DNA from: Microthyrium microscopicum
Taxonomy: Eukaryota
Assembly (NCBI GenBank): GCA_010405405.1
Contig: MU004233.1
Location: 1,800,566 to 1,864,565 of the forward strand
Reading direction: 5' to 3'
Length of the DNA: 64,000 bases
Under the pieces are notes generated by a model, which was given only the letters and a program-made list of their open reading frames with translations, searched no databases and was not told the DNA's origin. Every line of letters starts with the position of its first letter. Within the stretch, counting starts at the first letter, position 1. Positions 1-13,969 of the stretch are shown here, one piece after another. The position numbers and the translations under genes are program-made.

Positions 1-3000
1 AAAGATATTCTAATAAATACAACTTTTATATAGTACTAAATAGCGTAATTAGGTTCATTATAATTATACTAGTAGTATAATAAGAGCTAAATAAGACATT
101 ATTAGTAAAGGTTTTCTTTTAAAAGCTAGTACGTTATTAGAATTAATTAATAGTAATAATAAGAATCTATAAAAATTTTAATATTAGGACGATAGTAATT
201 ACGACGCTCTTCTACGTCTTCATATTAGGTAGGAGGATAAGTTTAGAGAAAGCTAGAGGGTTATCTTACTACTTAGTATAGAAATACTCTAGTAGTCTTT
301 AGCCTATTATTAATTTAAGTAGGAGTAAAGCTAAATAACCTTTTTCTAGTAATATTATTAAGTAAAGCATTTTAGGTACTTAATCTTAGGCTACAAGTTA
401 GTTTATTTTATATATAGTAGTAGCCTTCTCTAGTTTTATTAGTATATCTTAGTCTAGGCAAGAGCCTTAAGTTAAGTTATCTTAACTTTTTATATCTCTA
501 TCTAAGGGTTTTCGCTAGTTAGCACTATAATCTTACTACTCTTAGCCTAGATACTTACGATACTACTCCTTAACCTTACCTAACAATATACATACCTTCC
601 TTTCCTTTAATTATATAAATCCTAGCAAAGTATCTACTACCTAATACATTATAGCAAAGTATTTATTTCCTTATCTTAAGACATTATAGCCTTAACTTTT
701 AGCTATAAACTAAAGCCTAGCGGACCTATAGTAACATTATGATACTACTTCTTAACCTTACCTAATACTATATACTTTTCCTTTTTCTTAAGTATATAAA
801 GGATAAAGTAGTATATACTACTTCTAAAAGGTTTATATTTTACTATTTGCTAAATACAAACTACTTAGCCTAGAAATATATTTACTAGCTTTAGTACTAA
901 ATATTCTACTAGTTTGCATACTATATCTTAATAATATTTTAAATTATATTTAGGGTTATAATATATATTAATATATAATTGTATTTAAGAGTCTTAGGTT
1001 AGAGTAGTAATAAAGGAGTAGAAGTTAATAACTCTATCTATTAATATATTAATGCGTATAGAAGTAAACTTAAGATACTTTATCTTCTTATTTAGAGTAC
1101 GTAAATATATCTCTAGTTTATTATATTTATATTCTAGGTTAGGTAGGTTGTAGTAATATAATATTTAGTACTAGCGCGCTATAATATTCTTATTATATAA
1201 GGCTTTTATATAGATACTATTAATATCTAATTTAGGTCCTAGCTAACTTTTTACTAAGTCTAAATTACAAAATAGATTATTCTACTAGATAGAGACTTAA
1301 ATATACTATATTAGGTATTAGTTAGGCATAATCTTATAATATTGCTAGATTATACCTTTAATATAGTCTAGTTATTATTAAGCAAAAAGTAGAAAAGTTA
1401 TATTTTATAAGCTCTAAAACCTAGGAGTAGTAAAAAGTATATTAAATATGCTATTAGTATCGTATTTAGGATAGATATAAGATAGTATTATATATATAGT
1501 CTTACTACGAACCTTAATAGTAGAGTCCCTATAGATATCTTAAGTAATAGCGCGTCCTACTTTAGCTATAGTAGTTGTACGTTTAGTAGTTATAAGTTTA
1601 GTAATTATACGTCTAGTAATAGTAACTGCATTACTTCTAAAAAGGTAGTTATTAGTAATAATAATAGGAATAATTCATACAATAGTCTCTCTAAACTTAT
1701 ATCGTATCTAATAGTTAACTACCTTTATAGATAGACTCTTATTAACCTCTTCTAGGTTTAGCTAACTAGTTTAGGAATTAGAAAATTAAAAATCCTATAG
1801 AATCTAATTAAAATATATCTATTAATTAGTTATAGGTTAGAAATATACTTTTATAAAGATAGCTAGTTTATATTTGCCCTATATAATATATTAGTATATT
1901 ATGTCTTAGATTTTATAAGAATATTCTAATAAATATAACTTTTGTATAGTACTAAATAGTACAATTAGATTTGTTATAATTATACTAGTAGTATAATAAG
2001 AGCTAAATAAGACGTTATTAGTAAAGGTTTTCTTTTAAAAGCTAGTACGTTATTAGAATTAATTAATAGTAATAATAAGAATCTATAAAGGTTTTAATAT
2101 TAGGAGGGTAGTAATTACGATTTTTCTATACGCTTTTAAGTCTTCATATTAGGGAGGAGGATAAGTTTAGAGGAAGATATAGCGTTATTATACTAGTATA
2201 GAAATACTCTAGTAGTCTTTAGCCTATTATTAATTTAGGTAGAAGTAAAGCTAAATAACCTATTTTTATTAATATTATTAAATAAAGTATTTTAGGTACC
2301 TAATCTTAGGCTATAAGTTAGTTTATTCTATAAGTAGTAGTAGCCTTCTCTAGTTTTATTAGCATATCTTAGTCTAGGTAAGAGCCTTAGCTTAATTTAT
2401 CTTAACTTTTTATATTTCTATCTAAGAGTTTTTACTAGTTAGTACTATAATCTTACTACTCTTAGCCTAGTTAGAAACAGGATAGACTATAATAGATCTA
2501 ATTATTTAGAGAGATTATAGAAAAAGGTAGAATTATAATAGGTTGCTATTCCTAGTCGTATATTAATAGAGTATTAAAAAGTAGGTACGTTAATATATTT
2601 AGGTAGTTATATTTATATTATTTAAGTTAGTCTAAGTACTCTACCTTAGCTTGTACCCTTTTTTGCTAAGTATTATATTTCTAAATAATATAACGCCTAG
2701 GCTTATAGACTAAGCTTTACTATTTCTATATTACTATAATAATTATTCTTTTACTTAAGTTTTACTTATTCCATTCTAAGCTAATTCTAAGGTTGTTGTA
2801 TTTATATAAGGCCTATAGTACCTAAGTATGCGCAACTTCGCCGCGCGGTTATCAGCTCCTCTTGCTAGCGGACACAGCTTTTATCATTAGCTACTTTCCA
2901 ACTTCCTATTACAACTTCCAGCTATAGACTATAATTAGAAGTCAAAATATAAACATACTTACAACACTACTTCTTAATTCGTAATCTAGCGAAATATATA

Positions 3001-4850
3001 CTACCTAAGAAGCCTTAACTTCTAGCTATAGACAAAAGGTTAGACCTATAGTAATATTACAATACTACTCCTTAACCTTATCTAATAATATACACTTTTC
3101 CTTTTCCTTAATTATACAAAGGGTAAAGTAATATATATAAAGGGTAGAGTAGTATATACTACTTCTAAAAGCTTTATATTCTACTATTTGCTAAACGTAA
3201 ATTGCCTAGCCTAGGAATATATTTACTAGCTTTAGTACTAGACGTTCTATAAGTTTGCGTACTACATCTTAGTAATATGTTAGAGTATATTTAGAGTAAT
3301 AATATATATATAATAGTATTAGAGTTAGAATAAGACTAAAGTTATAGACAGTACTCCAAACTTTACCTCTATCTACTAATACGTTAATACGTATAGAAGT
3401 AAACTTAAGATACTTTATCTTCTCGTTTAGAGTACGTAAGTACGTCTCTAGTCTATTATATTTATATTCTAGGTTAGGTAGCTCGCAAGAATACAGCATT
3501 TAGTACCAGCGCGCTAGGATATCCTTATCGTATATAGCTTTTATATAGACGCCGTTAATACCTAATTTAGGTCCTAGCTAGCCCTTTACGTAGTCTATAT
3601 CTAAATTTCAAAATAAATCTTCCTACTAAATATAGACTTAAATATACTACACTAGGTATCTATTAGGCAAAATCTTATAGTATTGCTAGATTATACCTTT
3701 AATACAATCTAGTTATTATTAAGTAATAAGCTAAAAGGTTATATTCTATAAATTCTAAAACATAGGAGTAGTAGAGAGCGCATTAAATATGCTATTAGTA
3801 TCGTATTTAGGATAGATATAAGATAGTATTATATATATAGTCTTACTACAAACCTTAATAGTAGAGTTTTTATAGATATCTTAAGCAATAGCGCGTCCTA
3901 CTTTAGCTATAGTAGTTACACGTTTAGTAGTTACAAGTTTAGTAGCTACAAGTTTAGTAGTTATAAGTTTAGCAAGACTAATCTCATTACTTCACTAAAG
4001 GTACTTCTTAGTAATAATAATAGGAATAATTCGTACAATAGTCTCTCTAAACTTATATTATGTCTAATAGTTAATAGCCTTTATAGATAGTAGACTCTTA
4101 TTAACCTCTTCTAGATTTAGCTAGCCAATTTAGGGATTAGGAAATAGAGAATCTTATAGAATCTAATTAAAATATATCTATTAATCGTTTATAGGTTAGA
4201 AATATACTTCTACAAAGATAGCTAGTTTATATTCGCTCTATATAATATATTAGTATATTATATCTTAGATTTTATAAAGACATACTAATAAATACAACTT
4301 TTATATAGTACTAAATAGCGTAATTAGGTTCGTTATAATTATGCTAGTAGTATAATAAGAGCTAAACAAGACGTTATTAGTAAAGGTTTTCTTTTAAAAG
4401 CTAGTACGTTATTAGAATTAATTAATAGTAACAATAAGAATCTATAAAGGTTTTAATATTAAGAGGGTAGTAATTACGATTTTTCTATACGCTTTTAAGT
4501 CTTCGTATTAAAGAGAAGGATAGGATTAGAGGAAGATATAGTATTATTATATTAGTATAGAAATACTCTAGTAGTCTTTAGCCTATTATTAATTTAGGTA
4601 GAGTAAAGCTAGTAACCTATTTTTATTAACATTATTAGATAAAGCATTTTAGGTACCTAATCTTAGGCTACAAGTTAGTTTATTCTATATATAGTAGTAG
4701 CCTTCTCTAGTTTTACTAGTATATCTTAGTCTAGGTAAGAGCCTTAGCTTAATTTATCTTAACTTTTTATATCTCTATCTAAGGGTTTTCGCCAATTGGC
4801 ACTATAATCTCACTACTCTCAGCCTAGTTAGAAACAGAATAGGCTAAGTA
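1..4850 (-). repeat. Tandem three-copy ~1.9-2.4 kb RIP-degraded unit carrying a relic gene of unknown family
   Basis: The same sequence (…taataagagctaaa[t/c]aagac[a/g]ttattagtaaaggttttcttttaaaagctagtacgttattagaatt…) occurs in copies beginning near 1, ~1,917 and ~4,276. The copies end in agcctag near 550, 2,470 and 4,827. In copy 3 a minus-strand frame from ~4,180 to ~3,000 includes ORF 3269-3499 and is broken by RIP-type stops. Confidence 0.85.
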
Positions 4851-4889
4851 AGTACTTACATACTAGACCCTAGAGTAGAAAGTGCAGTC

Positions 4890-5792
4890 ATGTAGACTTT
4901 GCGCCGTATTAGACATACACAACTTAATAAGAGCCTAAGAGGACTCTATAAGTATTTCGTAATCCGCGATACATATCCAGGATAAGTTAGGCCTAGCAAG
5001 CTCGCCGTCGTTTTCATTTCCTGACTAAAAGGCCAACATCTAGTCCCTAATGACCTAGATTACCTGCAGGTGTAGTTTATATAAGAAAAGGGGCAGAGAA
5101 TAAGAAGTCGCCCTCACCACAATAACCTACTTCTCATTAAAACTAGGTATTATGTATACGTCGACGCTCTTAACCCAATGTATACTTATAAAGTCCTATA
5201 TACATTTAAATCTAATATACTAATTCGCTATATTAACTAGGCAGCCCTAATTATAAGACAATGCGCCATGTTTCTAACTACACAGTTAAACGCCTATATA
5301 GAGCCTAACACGTTCTCTAAGATCGCCCTAGCGTTGAACGTATTCTATAAACTCCTAAGCGTAGTCATAAGCAAACATACAGTTAGAATAGAATTCTACA
5401 AGCAATAGGATATAGATAGATTTAGCCTTACTCAAATCGGCCGTAGTAAAGGTAAAACAGGGCTAATCCAATACGTCAACATTAGTATCTATATATAAGC
5501 TAATAAACTCGTTTGCTATAAAGAGAAAGTTCTATGCTTCGTGTCTAGCTTACTAACAGACGTAGAGTAGATTAAATATATCAATTTACAAGCAGGTAAG
5601 GATTCAAGTACCAAACCATTAAGGAAACCAAGAGGGATTATCGTATAATAGCAAGTAGTAAGCAGATACGCGTCAACTAATTAAAAAGTATCCTAGCTAT
5701 TCAATTCAGTCAATAAGTATTAAGCCGCCAAGATAAGAAAAGCACTCTATATATATCATGTTTCATATCTCGCCAGGCAGTCTAAAAAATAG
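4890..5792 (+). pseudogene. RIP-inactivated intronless gene relic, unknown product (~300 codons)
   Basis: One + frame from ATG at 4,890 reads as protein-like text (…RSRPHHNNLLLIKTRYYVYVDALNPMY…IALALNVFYKLLSVV…) with scattered TAG/TAA/TGA stops compatible with C->T or G->A changes. Family not recognised. Confidence 0.5.
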
Positions 5793-8413
5793 TAATGCGC
5801 TAGGTTTAATTATAATAAAGGGTTCTAGCTTTAGAACCATGTCGTTCCTAGCTCAATTAGTAGAATTAACAGTAATATTGTTTAGGTAATGAGTAGACGC
5901 CAGCGCAAACATATAAATCAGCATAGTTTCAGCTATAGATAAATTCATAAAAGCCTCAATGTAGGTACTTTAAGTTATAGGGTATAGTAAAAGAACTCAG
6001 AATAAGTTAGAGTCTAGTATAGTATAAAAGTAATACCTAAGGTATTATAGTATACAGCGTTCGCTATAAAGGGTTAGTCACTAAGATATTTAATTTACCT
6101 AGTTAAGCAAATAAGTAATTAGCTTACATAAAAAGAATACGAACGAATATGCCGCTACTAAGCACAAAGAAAATAATAAATAAAGAAGGCAAAGAAGAGA
6201 AAGGAAAGTATGTATTTTCATAAAGCGCAAAGAATAATAGTATTACAAGGAGGTATAGCCTAATAGGCATTAATTAGTCCGTTACCATAAGGCTTATATC
6301 CACACATCTAATTAGATAGTAAAATAGGCGCCTAGTACATAGCTTACCTAGCATTACGAAATTAGCATAGACTAGTACAGAACAAGCGTAGCCCATAATA
6401 GGCATATCTTCATTTCGCAAAAAAGAACGGCTAAACACCATTCGCTTAGCTTTTTATACAAGTACCTAGTATAGCGATTTTTAAAGAAAGAGATCAGAAA
6501 ACAGAGCCACACGCGTGTTCACTAAGCCAACGGTTTTATATTTTAAATAATAATACTTAATATATATAGGCTATATTTAGACCCATCCATCATCGTCATC
6601 TTATAGGTTTTCAAAGTCTGCGTCTATAATAAGCAAAGACTAGTAGTTAACGAAGGTCAAGGATAGTATACTATCCAAAGTATAGAACCTAGCATAAAAA
6701 CGACAGTCTTCCACCTTAGTAGTTATATCGTTAATATACACAATTACGTAACTAGTAACTATTGCTCCAGACCATCTACAGTCTATAATACATTCCCAAG
6801 AGCAAGGCATATATAGTATAGAAGTAGTAGTTACTTATACAGTTACTAGAACGCTAGTAACTCCGCGGCGAATTAATCAAATCAGGTCCAACAGAGGTTA
6901 ATATGCTCTAAAGGATAGTAGACGAAAGAATATTACGCAGACTAGGTATAAATTCAACGTATATCATATTGAATACAAAAGGGGTAAGTGTACACTTTCA
7001 AGCAAGGCGCGACTAGATAATGTTCCACATACTAAGAACGACCTATATATTAATGCAATCCAATAGTCATCCAAATATAACGCAATATATATATAGGTAG
7101 ACGCAATTGCAGACATATCATTTAACAAAACTATAAAGTTAGTAAATTCTATAACTTCATCTAGCAGTAAACAACCTTAGATTCGTAGTTTCAAACCAAA
7201 TTCTCAGTAATAACCAGTTATAGTAATACCCAAATAAGCCTAAACATTATTTCCCACACCATAGCCTTACGAAAGTCAGTCTCACAGAATATTAAAATTG
7301 TACTAGGCCAGAAGGCTAATAGCACCCCACAGGCTACAATTGCGGTCGCCCCAAATTACATTAGAAATAAGTAGGTGGAGACCTTTAGACCTACCAATAT
7401 TAATAGCATCAAGCAAAAGTCGACTCAGCTAGCTTGCTACATTACTATCGATGGGGTTGTTATTAATAATAATAGCAAATTAGCTTTCTTCCAGCAAATA
7501 TTTCCACGCCTCACAACAAGTTTGCTTACTAACTTAAAGTATAGAGTTAATTTTTGTAGTTATAGAGTGTAAGCTAAACCATTGTAAAAGCCACGGAACA
7601 TTAAAATCTTCCAAGGGCGTAGTACAGAGAAAGAAAGTATTTACTTTAGTTATTATTTAGATCAATAGCGTAGTATCAATAAAACAATACTTATAGATAA
7701 GATTTCATATTTCGCCAGGAATTCGGTCAAAATGAACCACAAATACTACAGAATTTATACAAGTCATAGTGTTCATAGCTATTAACGTACGTCAAACATG
7801 TAAATGTATATCCATCACAATTATAATAAATTCTCCAAAATTGACAGCCTAATTACTAAAATACAGGACTAAACTCTATTTGCCTAGGTCGTATTTTTAT
7901 AGTAAGCAAAACAGCACAACAACGAATATAGGGAATAGGTATATAAAGTAATAGAGAGAAGATTACTAAAATTATAAAAGAGGGAAAGGAAGTTAAGGAT
8001 TACGTTGCTATCTAATATTTATACTACCGTCAGAATCGGCACAACATAGAGTTTAGTTATAATTTAGCGTTATGTACAGTATAGGCCTTAATTGGTCCAT
8101 TATTATAGGCAGCCAAGCCAATCAGGCCATGAAAATAGCACTAGCATTACTTAGTCTAATACGAAACAAGCTTAGCGCAAAATATACCTATCGCTGCCTT
8201 ACTTTATATCAAGCCACTTAGACGTTCATTAACCCACCAATGCTATTATGTAATTCTTCAAGATTTCTTTTAGCTATATCATGTTCATTTAAGGCACTAA
8301 CTTAGCAAAAGTCTAGCTAAACATCTTTTACAGTAACGCGTAAATAGTATTTGGTATATACTATTCCAGAGAACATATCAGATAAATAATAAAACTCTAG
8401 CTCGCCGTATATT

Positions 8414-10014
8414 ATATATCAAACGATTTATAAAAACAAGACTACAGGGCAGGCTAACAAGCATATTAGCATAGCTCCTTTGAGGGAAAGTATCCCTTCA
8501 AGCAAAATACAAAAAACACTCAATAATTATATTACAGTTCTAGGCACGCGTAATACTACTCCCCTCAACGCCCATATACTATTCAGTTTTGAGACAGATA
8601 TATCTCAATTTACCTATCACACTATAGTTATAAAGTTGTCCAAAGCTTCCAAGATATTAAATAACCGCTTAGAAATATACATAAAGATAATGCAGGCTTA
8701 TCATAACATTAATAATGCCAATATAGGAAATCCAATATTACAGAGTCAGTATTGTATTATAACAGTTAGTCAAATAGCCACAAATAGTATTAACGGCAAA
8801 ATTAACGCCTCTTCATTATTCCTAAAAACTTCAAGGCTCATTAGGGGAGGACGTCAAGTACGTCTCAATCTTAATAAACTCACTAATTACTACTTATTTC
8901 CAAGCAAGATTGTCACGCTTCGTAATAAGAATGCGTCAAAAAATTACTTTTCAGTAACGAAGATTCTAAATCCGCCGCAACAGCCATTAGTCCAGTCTAC
9001 CATACTTAATCTCGATAGCATCAATAACTTAACTAGCCATAGGACAAGTACCAGCTCCCAACCTATTATAACTCTTATCGCATTCAGGCTATATTTAATA
9101 GACGCAGACCTAGACTTTACGCCCTTAGTTACTCTATTAAAGGCTACTAAGGATATCAACGCCAATTTCATTATACTAACAAGACCCTTTATCAACAGTA
9201 ACCACCCTCTAGTGCGTACCAGCGACTTTAACCTCCCTATTAGATATCTACACAACCCTAGTACTATAAGTCTCAAGGACCTTTTTCGCGCCTACATAAC
9301 TACACCGCTTCAAGAACTAGTCAACATAATACTAAATATCCAGATCATTATATATCCCTCTATACGCGATACAATTACCACGGACGTAGTTTAGCTTCAG
9401 GATCGGTTTACGGATCCTTATATTATACTTAGATTACTAAGGCAAGTCCAAGTAGGGTCAAATCCTATTATAGTCAACATAAATGAAGTACTAGTCAGTA
9501 TATCATCACAAGACGCCTTACAGCAAATACGCATGTCTAAAGTAGCAGGTAGATTACTACACAAGATGCAACCAGTTAAACGGGCATATCAAGAAATTAT
9601 TAAACAACGTACATTCTTTCCAGTATTTCCACCCTTAGAATGCAAACTTTTGCAAACCACATCTAGGGAACTACCATTTACTTAATCAGGTCCAAATTTA
9701 GATATTACACATCTAGCACTAGGAGACTTCATCCCCACTAAACCCAATATCCTTATAATACTATTATTATTACTATCACTTGCTAAAGTATTATACATTA
9801 CCTTATTATAATACTAATACAAGCTAACACCGCTTAAGTTATAGACGACGTTTTATATATTAATTCAAGATTTGTCTACAACAACCACAGCATAGGAACA
9901 TACGCGCGCATAGTTCTCAATCTACTAGTAATATTAGACATAGATCCAAGGGCGGATATAAAACATAGACATATTATTAGCAAAAGGTACAGAGTAGATA
10001 TCATTAGACTATAA
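8414..10014 (+). pseudogene. POL12: RIP-degraded DNA polymerase alpha-primase B subunit (Pol12), N-terminally shortened copy
   Basis: ORF 8480-9394 resembles fungal Pol12 motifs after G->A drift: IKLSKASKILNNRL (cf. MKLSEASEVLDDRI), SQIATNSINGKINASSLFLKTSR (cf. GRIASDSLEGKLNAASLVLETSR), LFPSKIVTLR (cf. FFPGQIVALR), IILTRPFINSNHP (cf. LILTGPFLDxEHP). The stop at 9,392 sits at the Trp of the WPQ motif. The frame continues (SNP…NEVLVSISSQD…RTFFPVFPP), has a relic intron ~9,788-9,837 (gta…gctaac…), and ends GTYARIV…RVDIIRL* at 10,014. The start at 8,414 assumes ATG->ATA. Confidence 0.9.
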
Positions 10015-10414
10015 GTTAAGCAAGAAAAAACACTAATTCCAACAAGCTATACATAACAGTTAATCAATAAAAGCAATTGCGCTAAGTATTATATATAAAC
10101 AATAGATAACATAACAAGACCAAAGTTACTAAATTCAAAGGTATAGAAATTTTAAAACAAGAAATCAAACCCTATGCTTATAGGCAAGCCTACCAAGCCC
10201 TAAGCGTAAGAAAGGACTAAGCATACCTAAATATAAGCTCTCAGCCCAGTATGTTTGTAAAAAGTCATAATTTACAGACTACGAGTTTTTAAAACTAAGA
10301 GGCATACTCTATACTCCTTTTTGCGTAGTAAAATAACTATTCCAATAGTTTGTACCATAAAGGTATATATACATCTATTACGCACATGAACCAATCATTA
10401 ACCAAAAACTCAAT

Positions 10415-11720
10415 AAGGTAAGTAGGTAGTTATTACTAGCTTCCACGTCTAAAAAACACTAATGTTCCTCCTACCAAAATAGCCCTCCAACCAATCCGCT
10501 TTGTTTATAGAGACTTCTCTAGCTAAAAGCTTAATAGTAGTCTCATATTAATAATAACGAGACATATTATTAACGTACATAATAATATACGCCTCTACAT
10601 CATACATCATACTATCCTTATCAAGCATTTTGCTACAATCTACCACGCACTCCCAGAAAACTTTAGAGTCAAAGATATCAAACCACTTTTCCAACATCTC
10701 ATCCTTTGTAGCTTACGTTTTACTTTCAGCCTTCTCCAAGACCTCACAGCCCAGCTCTTCCATTTTCATTTTCCAAATGTAGTATATAGCTACAATATAT
10801 AGTGTAAAAGTCTACTCCAAAACCAATAGGTACTCATATAAGACTTAAGCAAAATAAAAAATAGGCGCATGCTAGGTCATATCCACTCATACAGCGATAG
10901 ATAGGGTGAACGCTTCCCTACCTTTAAGGCAGCGTTCAAACGTAAAACGATCTTGCATGCCTAGCATACATAAAAAATCTTCTTGCCAAAGACATCCAAA
11001 TTGTCCCAGAGAACTACTAAGAACATTTTATAGAGTCATGCCAGGGTAATATTCCATTAAGCCGCATATACTACAACCCATAATAATGCAATTTATCACC
11101 ATAAAATCGGAACAACCTTATATCATGGCTTCAACCTGCTCCATAACGGGTTTAGGCTTTAGACTAGGATACTATATTCTAGTAGCAAAGAGCCTAGTTC
11201 CCACACTCTTATAGCATCCAAAAAACAGTTTTCCCACCCAAGCAAAGTCCAACGTTTAGACTCTAGTACTCGCTATCCAAGGTACCACTCTACCAAACTC
11301 AAGATCACTATCGCTAGTAATAAGCATATAATCATTCTTAGTAAACAAAGCATGTTTTAAGTCCGCGCGCGTTTCTCTACAAACCTACAATATGCTTAAG
11401 ATTCAATACTACTACGTCCAATTTTGTACGATCCAGTTAGTCTTTAACATATATAGAAGACTATCACATATTATATACATATTAGCTCCATCTAGTGGAT
11501 TTATAGTGTCTTAAATAAGTAATAGAAGTAAGTCATCACTCCTTTTAACCATCAATTCGTATATACACATTTTTAATTCCGCAGGCAGAACGCTCAAGAA
11601 AGAGCTTTTTTGTACAACTTCGCGATATATTTTCCGCGATAAATAACGGACATAATATAATTAATAAATGCAATATAACTAATATTTAAATCTATATCTT
11701 CAATTTATAGCGGGCAGCAT
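10415..11720 (-). pseudogene. RIP-inactivated F-box-like protein gene (~430 codons)
   Basis: The minus frame from ATG at 11,720 contains SSFLSVLPAELKMCIYELMV (fungal F-box-like L-P-x-E-L-x-x-x-I-Y motif, ~11,545-11,606) and later ILSIL*VCRETRADL (LLxxCR-type motif). Internal stops are TAA/TAG/TGA while TGG codons survive. Confidence 0.7.
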
Positions 11721-12239
11721 ATTTTCTGCCAATTCCCTAAGGCTTGCAAGCAAATTAATTAATTCCAAGGGGTTAATAGAGGCAGGTCGCGAAGACGAAT
11801 TACGTATATAGTTAACTATAATTGCTATAGATTGCTACATCAAAGTATAGAATTCAGGAAGTAGTATAGACCGAAGATTCTACTTCCTAGGCCATCAAAT
11901 ACTATTATCTTAAGTAAGGAAAAGGAGTTAAAAGTTAAAGTAGAAGAAGAAGTTATTATTAAAAAGAAGTAGTCCTTAAACCCAACGAAGGGAAGAACAG
12001 AATTAATTTAAATATGCGCTAATACATAGATGGCGTAGGTATCATTATTAACTTATTAACTTATTAACTTATTAACTCATGTAACCAAATAATAATATAG
12101 AATTAGACAAGTAAAAAGTTAAGAGCAAAGTTGAGGAGAAGAAGAATCTCAATATTGGAATTAAAATAGATACAGAAACTCTTAAAGACATTATCTACTT
12201 ATATAGAGTAGACCTACGCAATTAGAAATAAGGTATCTA

Positions 12240-13400
12240 AGACGTTTAGGCATGTAGATTTAACTCTTTGCCTCGTCCACTTTCTTATATCTACTTCTCT
12301 TTAATTAGAGTCTAAATATATTCTAATACCACATTATTACATTAACCTTCACCGTATCGCATAACGTTAAAGTTCCTATACCCACTTATATTATACTAGT
12401 GCAGGAAGTAGTTTATTAACACAAGTTCAATTTCAACTACATTAGGCCATACAAGGCAGAACATGATACACTAATAATAAGCAGCAGGCATATAATCGGA
12501 TTACCTATCTAAATCTACATGCCTCTTCACGCTCACTAGGTCCCTAATTAAATATGCTTATAACTCTTACTTAATCTTTAACTATACCCTACCATCGCCC
12601 TCAACCTTAATAGCATAATCTTATACAATTTTAGTATCAACTTCATCGCTAGAAGCATATAAAAACTAAATATCTTCATATACTACAACTAACAATTATT
12701 AGTCCTATTTCGTAAAGCATCCCACCATTTTACGTGCAAACTCTCATATTTAATACAAGATTCTCGCAGTACGTAGTATCATACACTACTATGCAGGTCA
12801 GCCTAGCACAATATTAAACTATAGAAGGAAGTCCCAACCTTACCCTATCTAAAGAACACTTAAGAGCAAAGTAGAGCAGTCATCCAAGTCAAAGCCATAG
12901 AGCATATCCTATTAATAAACAAAAAAGACCAGAATTATAGTACCCCTAACTACGTAGCCATTACAGAAGTTAAAAAATAGAATAAAGTACTTAAGATATA
13001 GTAATAGTATACTTTCAGTGCTAGCAAACGACTATCCTTTTCACATAAGCTAGTTTTCAATAACTCTATAATATATCGTATTAGCCCATATTACTACGCT
13101 TAGATTCAGCAAGTAGCAAAATATAGGAGAGTATTACCTATAACTCAAAAGGTTCTTAACTACTACTATAATACGCTTATTCCAAGATACTCTAGGCTCT
13201 TAGTCCGTCAGAGTCCAATAAAAGTACATACTAGTCAGATCTAGGTAACATATACATACGACCAGCAGATTATCCTTATTGCTTTACGTCTAAGTCAGAG
13301 TTTAGGGTTTAAAATCTAAACGAATAAAACTAATAATTTCCGTTACAACCTAGCCAAATCCAGCTAAGTCTACAAGGCAGTCCTACAGCAAGGCTCCTTA
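12240..13400 (-). pseudogene. RIP-inactivated gene relic, unknown product
   Basis: Minus-strand frame reads protein-like (…VEGDGRV*LKIK*EL*AYLIRDLVSVKRHVDLDR*SDYMPAAYY*CIMFCLVWPNVVEIEL…) with C->T-type stops. Only the 3' part was translated; the upstream boundary is approximate. Confidence 0.4.
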
Positions 13401-13969
13401 ATCTAGACAACACTCTATCAACATAGGGAACATTAAATATTAGAATAATAATTAATGATATTACAAATAAGAATAACTTAATAAATCATAAGAGTATACA
13501 TACCACAAAAGACAGAAGCCAAATAGAGTAGTAAAATAGACAAGGAATAGTCCAAGTAAAAGATTATAACATAAAGTTAGAGAAAAGAACCAGTATATAT
13601 AAAGACTATTATTTAAATAAGTATGCCTTAAGGTAGGGTTCCTTAACTTGTCTAGTATAGTTTTTAGAACACAACATTCAATATTTATTATACGGCAAAT
13701 AATAGCACAATTATAAATAGTACTATAGCATCAGTTCATAATAACATCAAGAGAGCAACAGTAAAGAAGTATTCCACGAAATAATTAGTACTTTTCATTT
13801 AGTACATTTCTAACACATTCATCTTAATTACTTTATTCATTAACCTAGGACGCCCAAGACTCAGGTTAACAATAACAGCCAATCAAGTTAGCTCCTTAGA
13901 CCACGCCTTATCTAGTACACGCAGAACCATTATTCTAACTCCGTCCTTAGTGTATAGTCAAAACTAACA

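Noticed and set aside
8480..9394. Functional POL12 gene
   Set aside because: Non-ATG start, conserved G/D/E residues changed by transitions, in-frame stops from 9,392 and a mutated splice acceptor.
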